Of a DNA stretch of 34,867 bases, positions 33,888 through 34,867 are shown one piece after another. Source of the DNA: Batkoa obscura (taxonomy: Eukaryota). Below the pieces are notes generated by a model. It was not told where the DNA came from. It saw nothing but the letters and a program-made list of their open reading frames with translations, and made no database searches. The stretch covers positions 1-34,867 of the forward strand of contig JASVEC010000184.1 in the NCBI GenBank assembly GCA_030770535.1, in the 5' to 3' direction. The stretch's first letter is position 1; every line of letters begins with the position of its first letter. The position numbers and the translations under genes were made by a program.

Positions 33888-34867
33888 GATGATTATAGTA
33901 TATTAAAGTGATTTAGCAAATTTCTAGTCAATAGAAATGGGTTGGATTGGCTATGAATAGATTTCAAATCTAAATTATTTGAATTGTTTTCGCATGAATC
34001 GCTTGTATTTATACTTTCATATTGTCAGCTTAGATAAACTATGTTATGTTACCATGTGAAATAATGGTGTCTCGCAAATTGATATATAGCTTTTAATATA
34101 ATATTCCTCTATGATTTTTATAGAACCTTTTGAAGTCCTATAATTAGTAATTTCATACTCAAATTTTGTTAGACTTTAATACGTTTTAATTAATTGGTAA
34201 ACTAATAACATTAATTCTAGTATTAAATTTTTTTAAATCTCGATGAGAGAATCCTTTGGAATTTATTTGAAAAGTCATATTAGAAAAGCGTAGAATAGCT
34301 GAAGGCTGTTGTTGTTAGTTAAAACATACTTTTCCATTTTTAAAGGATGTACAACCTCCATTCTACTATAAGTATCCTTTTAGGACTAAAGAAACTCTTT
34401 GTATTATTGTTCTTGTATAAATAACTAGGTATTAATCGACAAATGTTATTCGCGAAGATTGACCTAAATAGCTCGATGCTAAAACCAATGAAATATGTTA
34501 AAAAGTCATTAATTTAATCCAGTATTTATATATAGTAATGTTTGAGTCTCCTATCATTACCCGAGATCTAAGTTTTAATAATAATAATACTAATAAATAT
34601 TTCATAAATTAATTCGCGAACTTGAGTAATATTCACAAAAATCCAATTGACCCTTTTGGGTCAATTAAAACTGCTTTATATTATCAAAATAGTATAATAT
34701 ATATTCTCTAATTAACAAATATATAGCTTAAGGCCTAAAGATTACTTTAGAAACATTCAATTACATTTTTATATATTAAAAGCAAAAATTGTTTTATAGC
34801 CTTAACTATTTCAAACGTTTTTAAAAATTATTTTAGTTGTAATATAATGAATAAATTATTAAATAAT

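Overview
AT-rich eukaryotic DNA with short GT-AG introns, most likely from an early-diverging fungus (an entomophthoralean-like lineage is plausible, but that is inference). From left to right it holds: the 5' part of a mitochondrial leucyl-tRNA synthetase, an unknown 205-aa gene, five intronless secreted class-3 lipases with a small secreted RlpA/barwin-like gene among them, an 11-exon STE11-type MAPKKK, three decaying GST-like copies, a gene-poor repeat zone with two solo-LTR-like elements, and a small secreted 8-Cys protein. STE11 sits between two inverted dienelactone-hydrolase paralogues that share long blocks that look identical by eye. About 20 copies of a ~98-bp MITE with 4-bp target-site duplications (TSDs) are scattered through the window, one nested inside an older copy. 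The most intriguing structure is the inverted-repeat-flanked STE11 cassette, which has the architecture of an invertible (flip-flop) segment. All alignments were done by eye and no searches were run.
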